A program made the translations under genes and the position numbers. Positions 1-11,864 of a stretch of DNA of 42,035 nt are shown piece after piece (within the stretch, counting starts at the first letter, position 1; the number at the start of each line of letters is the position of its first letter). The notes under the pieces are model-generated. The model had not been told where the DNA came from. It worked only from the letters and a program-made list of their open reading frames with translations, and searched no databases. Origin of the DNA: Proteromonas lacertae (lineage: Eukaryota); NCBI GenBank assembly GCA_002245135.1, contig NGBS01001217.1, forward strand, positions 1-42,035, read 5' to 3'.

Positions 1-591
1 TTTGGATTTAAAAAGCTTCTTGATCTTCTTTATAATACCAGAAAAGAAAGCATTTAAACAAGTATTTCCATCTTCTCTTTTCAAAGGTACTACCCATACT
101 TTTCGAGAGGTTAGTTTCAATAAAATACAGATGATGTGTTTCAGGTAAAAAATAAACTATATCCATCTGGAACCAACCAGGCTTTTTAATACTAACGAAA
201 GGATTATCCTTTTATACTGAAAGTCTACTATTTGATGACCAGGTTGTCTAGCTAAAAATTCTTTTATAGCATCTATAGGTGGTGGTACTTCATTATTATC
301 TGCAGGATTCATTACCATTTTAATAAAATCTCTATCACTTAAATAATGATATTTATTATATAGTTGTTGTAAACGATTTTGATATTGAGAATATTCAGGA
401 TTAGGATATAATTTATAGTCAGTAGTAGGAGGTTCTCTAGGTATACCATCTCTACCATAATTCATATAATATTGCAATGATTCAGGATATTTAGGTTGTT
501 TAGGTAAATGTTGTATATTTTTATCCATTAAGTTACCTACATCATTCATAGTATTAAAAAATGCTTTAGCAGGATCCCATCCGAAATACAT
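1..591 (-). CDS. Polinton-type retroviral-like (rve) integrase, N-terminal part, two frameshifts, runs off the window
   Basis: ORF 157-591 has a Polinton-integrase-like N-terminus (LQQLYNKYHY...IKEFLARQPGHQI). Correcting single-base indels at ~210-213 and ~109-117 gives ...KDNPFVSIKKPGWFQMDIVYFLPETHHLYFIELTSRKVWVVPLKREDGNTCLNAF, the rve WQ(M)D...SRK.W..PLK pattern with the first catalytic Asp. Confidence 0.8.
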
Positions 592-658
592 TATTTTTTT
601 TTATTTTATAATATAAAGAAAAAAAGAAATAATATAATATAAAAAGAATATAAAAGTT

Positions 659-3600
659 TCAAACATTAGTAGTGTTATTAATAATAGGTGGATAATAATC
701 ATTAAAAGGAATACTATGATAAACATCTAAATAATACCTTTTAGAATCAAATATGCTAAAAGCCAACTTATTTGTTCCATAGTATATAAAGTTTGGTTAA
801 CACTTCTGAAACTATATTGTTTGATTTTATCAACTCTGTAAGACTTTTCATCTTCAGCATCTGTTAATATTTTTCCTATAAAAGTCAAAATCACAAGTTT
901 TAATTCTATATCCAGTTGTAACACCTTTAGCTCTACTATCATGTGTAACAGAATGTATATCATCGTCTACTCTTACTTTTTCATAGGCATACATTTTAGG
1001 TTTTAATCCTGCAAATCTAGTAATAGAGTATAAACCATTCTTAGTTTCTTCTATTTTTAATAAGTTAAGTTCTGAACTTTGATTAACATTTGAATAGTGT
1101 ATACCTCTAGTTATTAAGTATTGTTTATTAAGATTACCAGTATCAACTTTCTTTTCAAAATGTGGATCGTTCATAATATCCATATAGAAATCTCTAGTTT
1201 TAACCATAAATATGAAACTATCAGTATCACTCATCAATAATCTTAAACTACTCCCATATTTCCTATATAAATGTCCATACCAGAACTGAGCCATTAACCT
1301 TTTAGATTCACATAATATACTCATACCTATATAAGATGGTTTATCAATAGTGCATTTATATTTTTGAAATTTGCATATACGTAAGTTACTATTATCTATA
1401 GCAATAAAACTTCTATAAAATGGATTGTAAGTACACTGCAAAAAGTCTTCTTCATTATTAACTAATTTGGAAGTACACCTATTCTCAGTATTTTCACATG
1501 TCTTTCCATAAGCACTATTTAGAATAAGCTTAAAAGTATCAGCATCCAGCATCCCTTCCTTCTAATTTAGCTTGTCTTCTTAAGTTATGATTCATCATTA
1601 CAAAGTTATGTGCATAATTAGACTCTTTAAATCTGATAATTCTATGAATATGATGTATAACATAACCCATTTCACATGCAAATTTCAAATATTGATAGTG
1701 AACAACATAGTTGTATTTTGTTGTTAAATCACATACTATTTTAGGAACATTTGACTTTAACTTTTTAATTTTATATGGTTTATCAATATTATTTTTAACT
1801 TCTGAAACTAATCCTAAAGACTCTGCCCATTTCTTTTGTATTTCAGATAAATTATCATAGTCAACTATTTTTCTTTCAGGTAACAAAGGATATTCAGCAA
1901 ATTTTTTTCTTTCATCACTATTACTAGGAGGAGAAATATCTACTTCCAGAATATATCCATACATATTTTTATTAATCCATTCTGTATTATAATATTTTTC
2001 TCTTTGTTCTTCATAGTAATGTAATGATAATATTTTCTTTACATTTTCAGTAGTTGGTTCAATCCATTCAAAATCACTATATGGTAACTTCATACTAGCC
2101 ATAGTACTTGGATATAAAGAATTATAATCCATATACATAATATATGTTTGATTATCTGGATCCTGTACTTCCTTTTTATTTTTCTCTTGCCATTGAGGTT
2201 GATAATGATTCCAAGACTCTGCATATCTCATACTACCAACCATAGAAATCCCACCTATTAATCCAGAATGTATAAAGTCATAAATATCAGAGTCACTTAT
2301 TAAATCAATTTTTACATCACAATTTTTAAGGAATATACTCCAAGATAAACCAGGTGAACTACAATGCCATAATGGATCCAAAGTAAAATTATTCCATATA
2401 ACATCTCTAAAATGTTCAAATACGCATGTTAATGTAAGAACATCTAATCTGAGATAAAATAAATTGTAATCCATTAAGTTATCACATCTAATAACTTTCC
2501 ATAAAGCCTGACAACTAGCATATTCAACATCTGTTACTGTATTATCATCTTTTAACTTTGAATAGAATGCTTCTTTAGGAGGTAGTTCAAAAGTATTGAA
2601 ATATTTAGATAATGAGTCCACATATTCATATGGAAAATATCCTTTAGATAAACACCATTTATGGATAAAAGCATCAATATTCATATCATGATCCAATTTA
2701 CCAGGAGCAGAATATTTTTTATAAATATCTTCATATACATAACTGAAATATTTTTGATAATTTCCATTATCTCTTTTTGCTTGAGTATATAATGACTTTG
2801 TTAAAGAATCTAAAGAACTTGGTAAGAATTGATAAGAGTCCATAAAGTATAATTTGTTGAACTTTATTAATAAAAATTTATTATCTGTTTTGGGTAATAC
2901 TGATAATTGTGATTTATATTGTTTTTTGTTTTTATATTTTCTTATTTTACCATCTTTACATTTAATAATTCTATAAGCAGATTGTTCATCTATTTCATCT
3001 ATAACATCTTCTGCATTTCTAGGACTATCTCTTCTTAACATTTCTTCTAATTCTAACAATGCATTAACTTCTTCATTATTAATTTGTATTACTTCACTTT
3101 CAGCTTCTTGAGTTTCCATATCACTTAAAGAATCATGTAATGGACTCATACTGAAATTATTATCTTTTTCTTCTTGTTTTTCTTTTCTTAAATTTTTCAC
3201 ATAATCTTTTATTTTATTTGCTGTTATAAAGCCATTAGTATAAGGAGGTAATGGAGTAAATGTATCACTATCTTGATGTGGAACAGGAATAGAATTAGTA
3301 TTATCTTCTTCTTCAGTATCACTATCAGATTCAGTATCTGAAGCATAATTTACATTAGGATCAATATTATTTTCTTTACAATACTCTTCTCTTAACTTAT
3401 TATCCCATCTGGACAATCCTCTAATAATGAAATTATTGTCATAATTTTTGGAATTATGAGCAATACAAGGGATTGGCATATTATTTAAACATACATGGAA
3501 GTTGCAATTATTACATATTCTACCTATATATTGTCCGCTAAAGTGGTCGTGGTGTAATACAGGTTTCTTATTCTTATTCCTATAATCAAATGGTTCTTTA

Positions 3601-5558
3601 CAGTATATGCAATAATTCAATTTATTTTTAGGATCTTCTCTATTATATCCTATCATTTTTTCAGGATTTTTTAATTTTTCTTCATATAAATCTAATATTT
3701 CTTTTTGTATTTCCATAAATTTAGCTATTAATCTATCCTCTAAATCTGTTTCATTATCTTTAGGTGTTTTAAAATCATACTCAATTTTATTAGGATATAT
3801 ATTAGGATATTTTGATACAACATATAAACACCAACTGGATAATATATGCTTTGATAATATACCTTTCTCATTTAAAATTGGATCTGTTACTTTCTCCTGA
3901 TAAACTTCAGTATCCCAATATATTACTATAGGTATTAATTGCATATATTTAAAGTTCTTAAATTCTAATTGAATATTTTTCTCAGGGAAATTTCTTATAA
4001 TACCTTTATGTTGTTGACAATTATATTTTTCATGTTGTATTCTTTTTTCATCTGTTGATAATAAAGCAAAGCAATAATTACATCTAGGATAACCATTTTT
4101 ACACTTCTTTCCTTTAGGTATTAATATTACATTTAATTTTGTAATAGTAGAATAATGTTTATCATTATATAATAAATTTACATGTGGATAATTATTGAAC
4201 TTATCTATATGTGTTACATATATAGGAACTACTTCTTTATCTGTTATTTTGAATATATTTAATGTTATATGATTTATTGTTTCAAATTCATGAATTTGTT
4301 TTTTATGTTTAATAGGATCTACTGGGAAATATAACATACTATAATTGTAGTTAACTCTAATATATTCTTTATATTGTTCTACTCTATTTAAATTCTTATT
4401 ATTATTATTACCATGAAAAAATGCTGCTGCTATAGCATATAGAAAACATATTTGATCATTTTCTTTATTATTATCTATTGATATAACACATTTTCTATTT
4501 CTAATCCAATCTGGAAGTTCTTTATTTTTGCCACTACCTGCCATAGCAGTTGCTTTGACTAATTGAACTTCAACTTCACCAACATGTCTAAATTTTAAAC
4601 TTGATTTTTCAGTATGCCATAAAGGTCCCATTTCTGTTCTTATTCTATCTTTTAATATTTTATGTGCAACATTCATTTCTGATTCTGTAATAACTACAGG
4701 TCTACATTCTAAGAATACCCAATTTGTAATTTTATTACCATTTGGATTATTATAATCTGGATCGTCTGCTCCTATATAACCACTTCTAAAACTTAATGTT
4801 ACTTTTATATATTTAACATCTTCCAAATATTCTCTTATTTTAGTAATTAATGGGCTACTAGGATCAGTTATAATTTCAACAACAGCATCTGGATCCTTAC
4901 CATTTACATCATTTAAAAAGTTAATTTGATATGTTCTACTATAATTATCTGTACTTCTCTGAATTAAGTCCATATAATATAATCTCTTTTCATATGGTAA
5001 TTTTAATAATTTAGTAGGATGATTTTCTAATATATCACTTGCTTCTCTTAAATCTCTTTCTTCTTGATAAGATAAATTTAAATCTGCTACTCTATTACGC
5101 TGTTGTGCATTTGGTGGAGGTTGATTAACAACAACAGGTTGATTTGGATTAGGATTTGGATTAGGCATTGGAACCTGCATACCTCCTTTTCTTTGTATTT
5201 TTGGAGGACTTATGTTTTCGAAATCTAATCTTCTCTTGGGAGGTGGTGTTACAAATCCTGGTTCAGGAATATTAATTTGAGGTGTTGAATCTACTCCTAT
5301 ATTTCCAGGATAATAATTGAAACCAGGATTTGTATTTGTAACTAGATTTCTTGGTGGAACATAATTTCTAACTACTGGAATATTTTGAATAGGTGGAGGT
5401 GGTTCATACATATTAGGAGGTGCCATACCTGGATATGGCATGGGCATGGGATTAAATCCATAATTTTGTGGAGGAGGAATATAAGGTGCTCCAAATGGTG
5501 GTGGACTATAATAATTAAAGTTTGAATAATAATAATAAGGAGGGATGAAAGGGTTCAT
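659..5558 (-). CDS. polB: Protein-primed family B DNA polymerase (pPolB), ~1632 aa after repairing three frameshifts
   Basis: ExoI YWDTE, ExoII HNSKNYD, KGYFPYEY, ExoIII YLRLDV, motif A MDYNSLYP, motif B KLILNSAYGK, motif C SDTDS, KPKMY, RAKGV. The C-terminus QYSFRSVNQTLYTMEQNKLAFSIFDSKRYYLDVYHSIPF is recovered across frameshifts at ~1553-1555, 870-874 and 771-773. TGA at 659-661. Confidence 0.93.
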
Positions 5559-5791
5559 CTAGAAAATTAAAAATTAATTTTTTATATTTTTATTATTATT
5601 TTTATTCTTTTAGAAATTTCTAAAAGTTATATATCAATTCTTTTACGACTTATATTTATTATTTTATATTATTGCTTTATATTTCTTTCTTTTACTTGAA
5701 TTATATTATATTCTTTGGATCAGATTTGAATTGGAAGAACAATTTCTATTAGTAGTATATCTAATTAATTAATTAAATATTACCAAAAAAT

Positions 5792-6265
5792 ATGAGTAAT
5801 TTTGCTAGAGTATATGAATTCTATGTATTCTTTGATGTACTTAAAAATTATATTAGTAGTTTAAATGATATAAGTAGAAGGGTCTATAAATTAAATCTAA
5901 GTGAAAATTTTAGTAGTAAAGATAAAACAGATCTAAGAGATAAAATAAAGTCTTTTGTAACTTTCATACAAAATATCGAATTGAAATATAACAGAAGTAA
6001 AATAGCAACCACATTTAGCAAATCTGAATTAACATCTTATAGACTGGATATTATAGAAGACTTAGAAAAATTAATTAATAAACTGGACACTTTCTATGTA
6101 GAAGATTTTGCATATATTTCTGAAGAAGATTTCAATTTGAATGCAAATACTATTAAAAATTTTAGATATATAAAAAATCATTATCTCTATTTAATCGATA
6201 CAAATTCAGAATTAAATTCTATATATAATATTTTTAAAACCAGATTGGAAGATGATAAAGACTAA
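5792..6265 (+). CDS. Hypothetical 157-aa element protein
   Basis: Intronless ATG-TAA ORF inside the element, 8 bp from the convergent ORF. No recognisable motif. Confidence 0.6.
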   Translation: MSNFARVYEFYVFFDVLKNYISSLNDISRRVYKLNLSENFSSKDKTDLRDKIKSFVTFIQNIELKYNRSKIATTFSKSELTSYRLDIIEDLEKLINKLDTFYVEDFAYISEEDFNLNANTIKNFRYIKNHYLYLIDTNSELNSIYNIFKTRLEDDKD

Positions 6266-6273
6266 TTAATTAT

Positions 6274-6582
6274 TTATTTGATTTTTAACATATTGTTTAA
6301 ACTTGGTATTATTTCATTTAATTGTTTTTCTAATTCTTTTTGTAAATATTGACTTGCTATTTTTTTCCCTTCTAATCTTCCTATTTGATGTAATACCATA
6401 TCATCTAATCCTAAATGATATTCTTCATTTAATTCTTTTAATTTTAATATAATCTCACATGCTATTTTAATTGATGTTTGATAGTCATTGCTCCCATCAT
6501 CTTTCTTATTGAGATATACATTACACATTTCATATAAAGAATCAAAACCATTTTCTGCTTCTTCTTTAATTAGATTATCCAT
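6274..6582 (-). CDS. Hypothetical 102-aa helical element protein
   Basis: Intronless ATG ORF next to the terminal structure. No recognisable motif. Confidence 0.55.
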   Translation of the reverse strand: MDNLIKEEAENGFDSLYEMCNVYLNKKDDGSNDYQTSIKIACEIILKLKELNEEYHLGLDDMVLHQIGRLEGKKIASQYLQKELEKQLNEIIPSLNNMLKIK

Positions 6583-6623
6583 ATATGAAATTAGAATATT
6601 CTAGAAAATGCAAAAATAAATTA

Positions 6624-6731
6624 TGACCTAATATGACATAGGTCACGTATTTTTAAAAAGTTTGGTTTGGTGTGCCAGGAGCCCGAGTCATACGGCTCGG
6701 TGTGCCAGAACCTTTATTTACTATTATTATA
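6624..6731. repeat. Putative terminal inverted repeat / replication origin of the Polinton-like element
   Basis: Hairpin TGACCTA(6624-6630)/TAGGTCA(6639-6645). Direct repeats GGTGTGCCAG at 6669-6678 and 6699-6708 bracket the hairpin CCGAGTC-ATAC-GGCTCGG (6683-6700). The inward-reading end is TAATAATAGTAAATAAAGGTTCTGGCACA. Confidence 0.65.
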
Positions 6732-7812
6732 GAGTCTTCCCTTTAATTTGATGAACGCCATAGTTTGTAGTTGTTCTCTTATCGCAATTACTGGCTGCTT
6801 CATGGCAATTCAGATTGTAAAATGAAATATTTATTACTTTTTTCTTGTTTAATCTGTAAATAAGCCACGATATGTGTTGATCATCCATTCGAATAATATG
6901 AGTTTCATTCAATGATTCTGTGTATAATATATTGGATAAATAGCTAGGCCATAAAGAGAAAGAACCTGTAAAGCTAACAATACCACCTTTTGGAAACACT
7001 TCTTTATAGTACTTTTCTATTATTTTAGGAGAACTATATTCGTAATTTTGATCTGTACTGATATAGAAATGAGACCATACTTGACAAACATAGAATAGAC
7101 TATAATACTTTGGTTTGTTTGCTTTTAAGAGGTTCAACACTTTGGGAAAGTCTATGTATTGGTCTGCATCCATTTTACCATAATATTTAGCAGATGGACA
7201 GATGGTAGGAAGAATTTTATGAAAATATAAAGTAAATATTGTTTCATTTACCAATGATTCTTGAATAGGCATTTGAGACATATCTTTAAACATTTCTTTC
7301 TCTTCAATATATTGATTTTGACATTCTTTTGAAGTGTATCCAATGAAGAAATGAATTTGAATGAATGGATTTATTCTCTCATACACTTTTTTTACAGCCA
7401 TTCTTTCTTCTAATTGATTACAGGAAGTAATAACTGAAATAAATATTTTTGTTTTGTTTTGACAAATATTCTGATTGTTATCTAAAAATAGATAATTATA
7501 GGGATATGGACCGGGAATATCTTTATCTGAATATGATTTCCAAGTTAATTTCGTTCTATTTTTCAACAAACAATTGAACAAGCATTTATCTTTGATACAG
7601 TTGATTGATTCATTGTAATTATATTTGAAATTGTTTGAAATGTTCGATAATTTGGAGTATAGAATTCTGATTCCTTTTTGATCACTTTTTTTGTAATCGA
7701 AAATCATCAGCATTGATATTATTAGACATGGTCCTATTAAAAGTATCATCAAAAATATCTTTCGAGATTGAAATAAGTGTGTAATTAATTTCTTTACTTT
7801 AAGACCAAACAT
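6727..7812 (-). CDS. GT31-family (galactosyltransferase/fringe-like) type II membrane glycosyltransferase, intronless, probably C-terminally clipped by the element
   Basis: N-terminal TM segment, FFIG, KMDAD (DxD), MDDQHIS, C-terminal VH. First ATG is at 7812 (the track start is TTG). The stop codon overlaps the element terminus. Confidence 0.75.
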   Translation of the reverse strand: MFGLKVKKLITHLFQSRKIFLMILLIGPCLIISMLMIFDYKKSDQKGIRILYSKLSNISNNFKYNYNESINCIKDKCLFNCLLKNRTKLTWKSYSDKDIPGPYPYNYLFLDNNQNICQNKTKIFISVITSCNQLEERMAVKKVYERINPFIQIHFFIGYTSKECQNQYIEEKEMFKDMSQMPIQESLVNETIFTLYFHKILPTICPSAKYYGKMDADQYIDFPKVLNLLKANKPKYYSLFYVCQVWSHFYISTDQNYEYSSPKIIEKYYKEVFPKGGIVSFTGSFSLWPSYLSNILYTESLNETHIIRMDDQHISWLIYRLNKKKVINISFYNLNCHEAASNCDKRTTTNYGVHQIKGKTL

Positions 7813-8072
7813 GTTTGACTTCAATTCAAAAATATATGTTACTTCGTAATATAAAGGCAAATAATGTATGCAATATTGATGCTAACTATTCATATGCCAC
7901 TAAGATATGAAAATCATACGAAAATACATACATGTCGTTTCATGTAGTTTCTATGGGAAGTATTACTTTTGCAAAAGTCATTTTTATACCAGAAGTTACA
8001 GCATTAATATGTCTTTTATAATCAAATACAAGCAACTCAAAAAACAAGAAATGAAGTGTTAATATTGATATT

Positions 8073-9764
8073 CTATTTTTTCTTCATCGTTTTAAATTCA
8101 TTGATCATCATATCTACTAAATCGATATACATTCTTTCATCTTCACTTGAAATGGCTGCCAAATTCTTTAAACCACTTTTGAACAACGGAAAGTCCATCT
8201 TTGAGATATTATGAGTTAAACGACTGTAGATTATATCAGCTTTATTCTAAAAAAATTAGAAGATTATAATAAAAGATTATAATATATATACTGAACTTGC
8301 TATAGTATCTAATACTCTCAATTGTTCTAAACATTTCTTCCATTTGGCACTGCTCAAATAACTTACATTGTTTTTATCACCATAAGCAGCAAAATATTGA
8401 AATAATGCTAATAAATCAGAATTTCGATCTTCATCTAATACTTCATATGTATCAAATTCTACTTCTAATTCATTTCGACTGCAGAAATTCAATTTTTCAT
8501 TTAAATATTTTAATAATGACATAAATCGTTCATTTTTAGATGTGATTTGATAATGACTTTTACCCCATTCACCATTACAGATTACTACTAAACAATGTAA
8601 AAAATCAATATATTCTAAACCATTCTTTCCAAAAAAATCAATATGATGAGATAAAGAATTAAATAATTGTAATACATTACTTCGAGATAGAATATCAGGA
8701 GAGATTTTTACATTTTTACACCAAGATAACCAGTTTATACTTGAGATGAAGATTCGATAATCACATTGATGAGTAAATGGATCATTATAACTTTTGATTT
8801 CAGCAATATTTTCAAAGATTTTGTGCAATATTTCTTCATATTTGTGTAATAATGGATCTAATTCATTCATCATTATTGTTACAGAGAATGAAGAAATTAT
8901 TCGATTTATCAATTTTGTCCAATACTATTCATCAATAATAATAATAAGTATTTTATATATATAAATATACTTCTTCATTGTTTTTATCATTTGGTAACAT
9001 ATATTGACCAATTATCGGTTGTTTCATTGTATTTACTTTATTTAATGAGGTTTCTGTTGGTTGTTCATATCTCTTACTTCTTTTGTGAGCTATTTCATTA
9101 TATTATATTATATATATAGATATACGACTAACTGAAACTGTTCTTAACGTGATTTCTTCTTCATCAGAATCTGAGGAATTTGGACTTATTTTCTTTCGAT
9201 CTTTTGGAGTATTATTCTTAGATAAATAGTTTCGTAATGTCGATTCATATCGCATTGATGGTTTTCGACTTAATACTGCTGATGTCTATTATTACATATT
9301 CTATTGTTATTATACATCGATTAAACGGTTTTCTAGATTCTCTGCTTGACTTTTCATCTTTTGAAGACCAGCTAAAAATCCACGTAGTTGATCTAAAACA
9401 TTTTTATTACAATATTTATGTATAACATACTCAAATGGCGAGTGTTTTCTTCAATTATGTCTTTCATGAAATATTTCATCTTTTTGTACATTATTATCTT
9501 ATGTAAACAGTATGATAATATTCGTCTCTTTCGATTTAGAAGAATTAAGTCAACTATTCTCAAACGAAAATATCTCTCTTGATCTCGTTTTAATTTGGAC
9601 TCACTTTGTGCCAATCTATTTAAGATAATATATTAATTACTCATTTCATACGTTGGTATTGAATTTAAAGGATGATATATTTTACCCTAACAAAATATTA
9701 TATATATTTATTATACAAATGATAAAAGAGTTTTATCAACTCCAATTACTCTTTTAGGATACAT
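8073..9764 (-). CDS. Multi-exon protein with C-terminal p25-alpha/TPPP-like domain
   Basis: Splicing short GT-AG introns (e.g. 8247-8291, 9616-9651) joins MYPKRVIG...LAQSESKLK... to LFQYFAAYG...LSSAKWKKCLEQLRVLD...KADIIYSRL...MDFPLFKSGLKNLA, a TPPP-like pattern. Confidence 0.6.
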
Positions 9765-9897
9765 ATGATGAAATAAACCAAAATGTATTAATTGAATGTA
9801 AATTACATATAATAGGTAAATTAAAAAAATCATGAGATGATATGGATATGGAAGTATATATTATAAAATAAAGTCATTTGTAATATATAAAATATAA

Positions 9898-11673
9898 TTA
9901 CTTTGTAGAATTATTTAAATCATCAAGAAGTTTCAATATTTCTTCCCTATACTTTATATCATTATCTTGTATATATTTTAGTACAATTTCATAACATTCT
10001 CTCGCTTTTTCTTTTTCTTTCTATAAATACAAAAAAAGATGTTATATACGTTGATTGAATAGTATTTTCCCATCACTTTATAATATACTGATTTTGAAAA
10101 ATCATTATTTATATTCTCTTTTGCTTGACTTAAATAATACAAACACTTTTCATTATCTCCTAATAACAAATATAGTTGTGATAAATTCAATTGAAAAACA
10201 GATTTATTTTCATTTGAGGATGAATATTCTAATGATATGTTAAAGTATTGAATTGCTTTTTCATACTCACTCTATTCATTATTACATTTTACATTTATGT
10301 TTATATACCATTTCATAATAACAACCACCAAGAACATTATTAAATACTCTTTTATCTTCATTTGAGGATGAATACTCTAAGCATATTTTAAAGTATTGAA
10401 TGGCTTCTTCATATTCACTCTATTCATTATTACAATGACATTATTATACCATTTCATAATAACATTTACCAAGAACATTATTATATACTCTTTTATCTTC
10501 ATTTAATAAAGAATATTCTAAGCATATTTTAAAATATTGAACAGCATCTGCATACTCATTCTATTCATTATTAGATTTAAATGAATATACCATTTCATAA
10601 TAACAATTACCAACATTTCTACTATTTATTACTATATTTCCATCTGATGAAGAATATTCTAATGATACGTTAAAATATTGAATCGCTTCTTCATACTCAC
10701 ACTATTCATTATTACAATGACATTATTATACCATTTTATAATAACAATTACCAAGAATATTATTATATATTTCTTTATCCTTTTCTGTTGAAGAATATTC
10801 TAATACCTCCTTTATATATGGAATTGCTTTTTCATATTCTTTATTATCTAATAACTCTTTTATTCTTTTTATTGTTTCAAATGGACTTATTGAAGGACTT
10901 GCTTGATTTAATTCTATTTAATAATATCATAATAACTATATTATATACTCTTCAATTCTGATATTATTTCATCCAATTTCAATCTATCTTTCTTTTCTTT
11001 AACAAGTATCTTTAACAAGTATATTTCACATTTAATGGATGTGTTCCACTTTTTATATAATAAAATAATAATCCAAAATTCCAAATATCACTTTAATATC
11101 TAATTCTTTTCCTAATAATTCATCTATACAAACAAAACACAAATCTTCTCTTTTATCTTGTTCCTTTTTTTTCTCCCTTTAAACAATAATTTATTACAAT
11201 AATCATTTATTATCACTTCATTTTCATCATTTAAAAAGATATTCGATGGTTTTAAATCACTGTGAATTGTTCCTGCTTCATTTAAACTTTTCAATACATT
11301 CAATATAGCATACAGACTACTTTCTTCAAACTGCTTAACAGGGTTTATTTCATCTAAATGAGCTTTATTTTCTCTCATCACTCTATATAAACAGTTTTCA
11401 TCTCTTTCTATGATTTTGTATTTCATTAAACCATGTATATTCATATTATTCACTCTATTCATTGTATTTACTACTTCATCAACTACTTTTGAATCTAACT
11501 GACTCACATCCAATATCTTTAATAATTTCTTTGAACCATTTGTCTTATCTCTTACTCTGAGTAATTTGCCTTCATATACAACATCTCTTAACAACTATAT
11601 CATCGGTAAATTAAAAATAGAACATATATACTTCATAATTATGTTTATTTAACATGTTTGAATGTGATTTCAT
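9898..11673 (-). pseudogene. Degenerate protein kinase domain plus TPR repeats; kinase C-lobe is frameshifted
   Basis: HSDLKPSNIFL present, DFG replaced by DYC, no Gly loop. Subdomains VIII, IX and XI (DLCFVCIDELLG, SDIWNFG, LLKILVKEKKDR) are separated by frameshifts. They are followed by 37-aa TPR exons (EYEEAIQYFKICLEY...VLGGCYYEM). Confidence 0.7.
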
Positions 11674-11864
11674 TTATTCTACTCAACAAACTCTGTTATA
11701 ATACAAACAAAATGAAAATGATGATTCAAGCTTTTTACACTTAAGCTTGAGAATTTTCTATCATTTTCTATCATTTTCAAATTTCTTTCTTTTCACTTTT
11801 TATCCTATTCTGTTATATAAAACATATAAAGAAAAACAAATACAATATAATTAATGAAAATAAT

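Larger units (their letters stand above)
1..6731 (-). mobile_element. One end of an integrated Polinton/Maverick or Polinton-like virus; the other end lies left of the window
   Basis: Intronless, tightly packed rve integrase, pPolB and two ORFs, ending in a GC-rich hairpin/direct-repeat block (6624-6710) and a terminal TAATAATAGT repeat read inward. No capsid, ATPase or adenain-type maturation protease gene is visible in the window. Exact end is 6729-6731. Confidence 0.85.

Noticed and set aside
727..1552. ORFs 727-963 and 854-1552 as separate genes
   Set aside because: They carry pPolB motifs B and C and the C-terminus, and join the 1339-aa ORF through single-base indels.
1541..1560. Programmed frameshift in pPolB
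   Set aside because: No canonical slippery heptamer or downstream structure, and four other indels lie nearby, so error or decay is simpler.
10240..10860. CRISPR-like repeat-spacer periodicity
   Set aside because: The 30-nt repeats are GT-AG introns, and the spacers are mutually similar TPR exons.
11165..11172. A8 run as a -1 recoding site shared by both kinase copies
   Set aside because: Further frame breaks follow in the C-lobe, so slippage alone cannot restore the protein. Inherited decay or homopolymer error is more likely.
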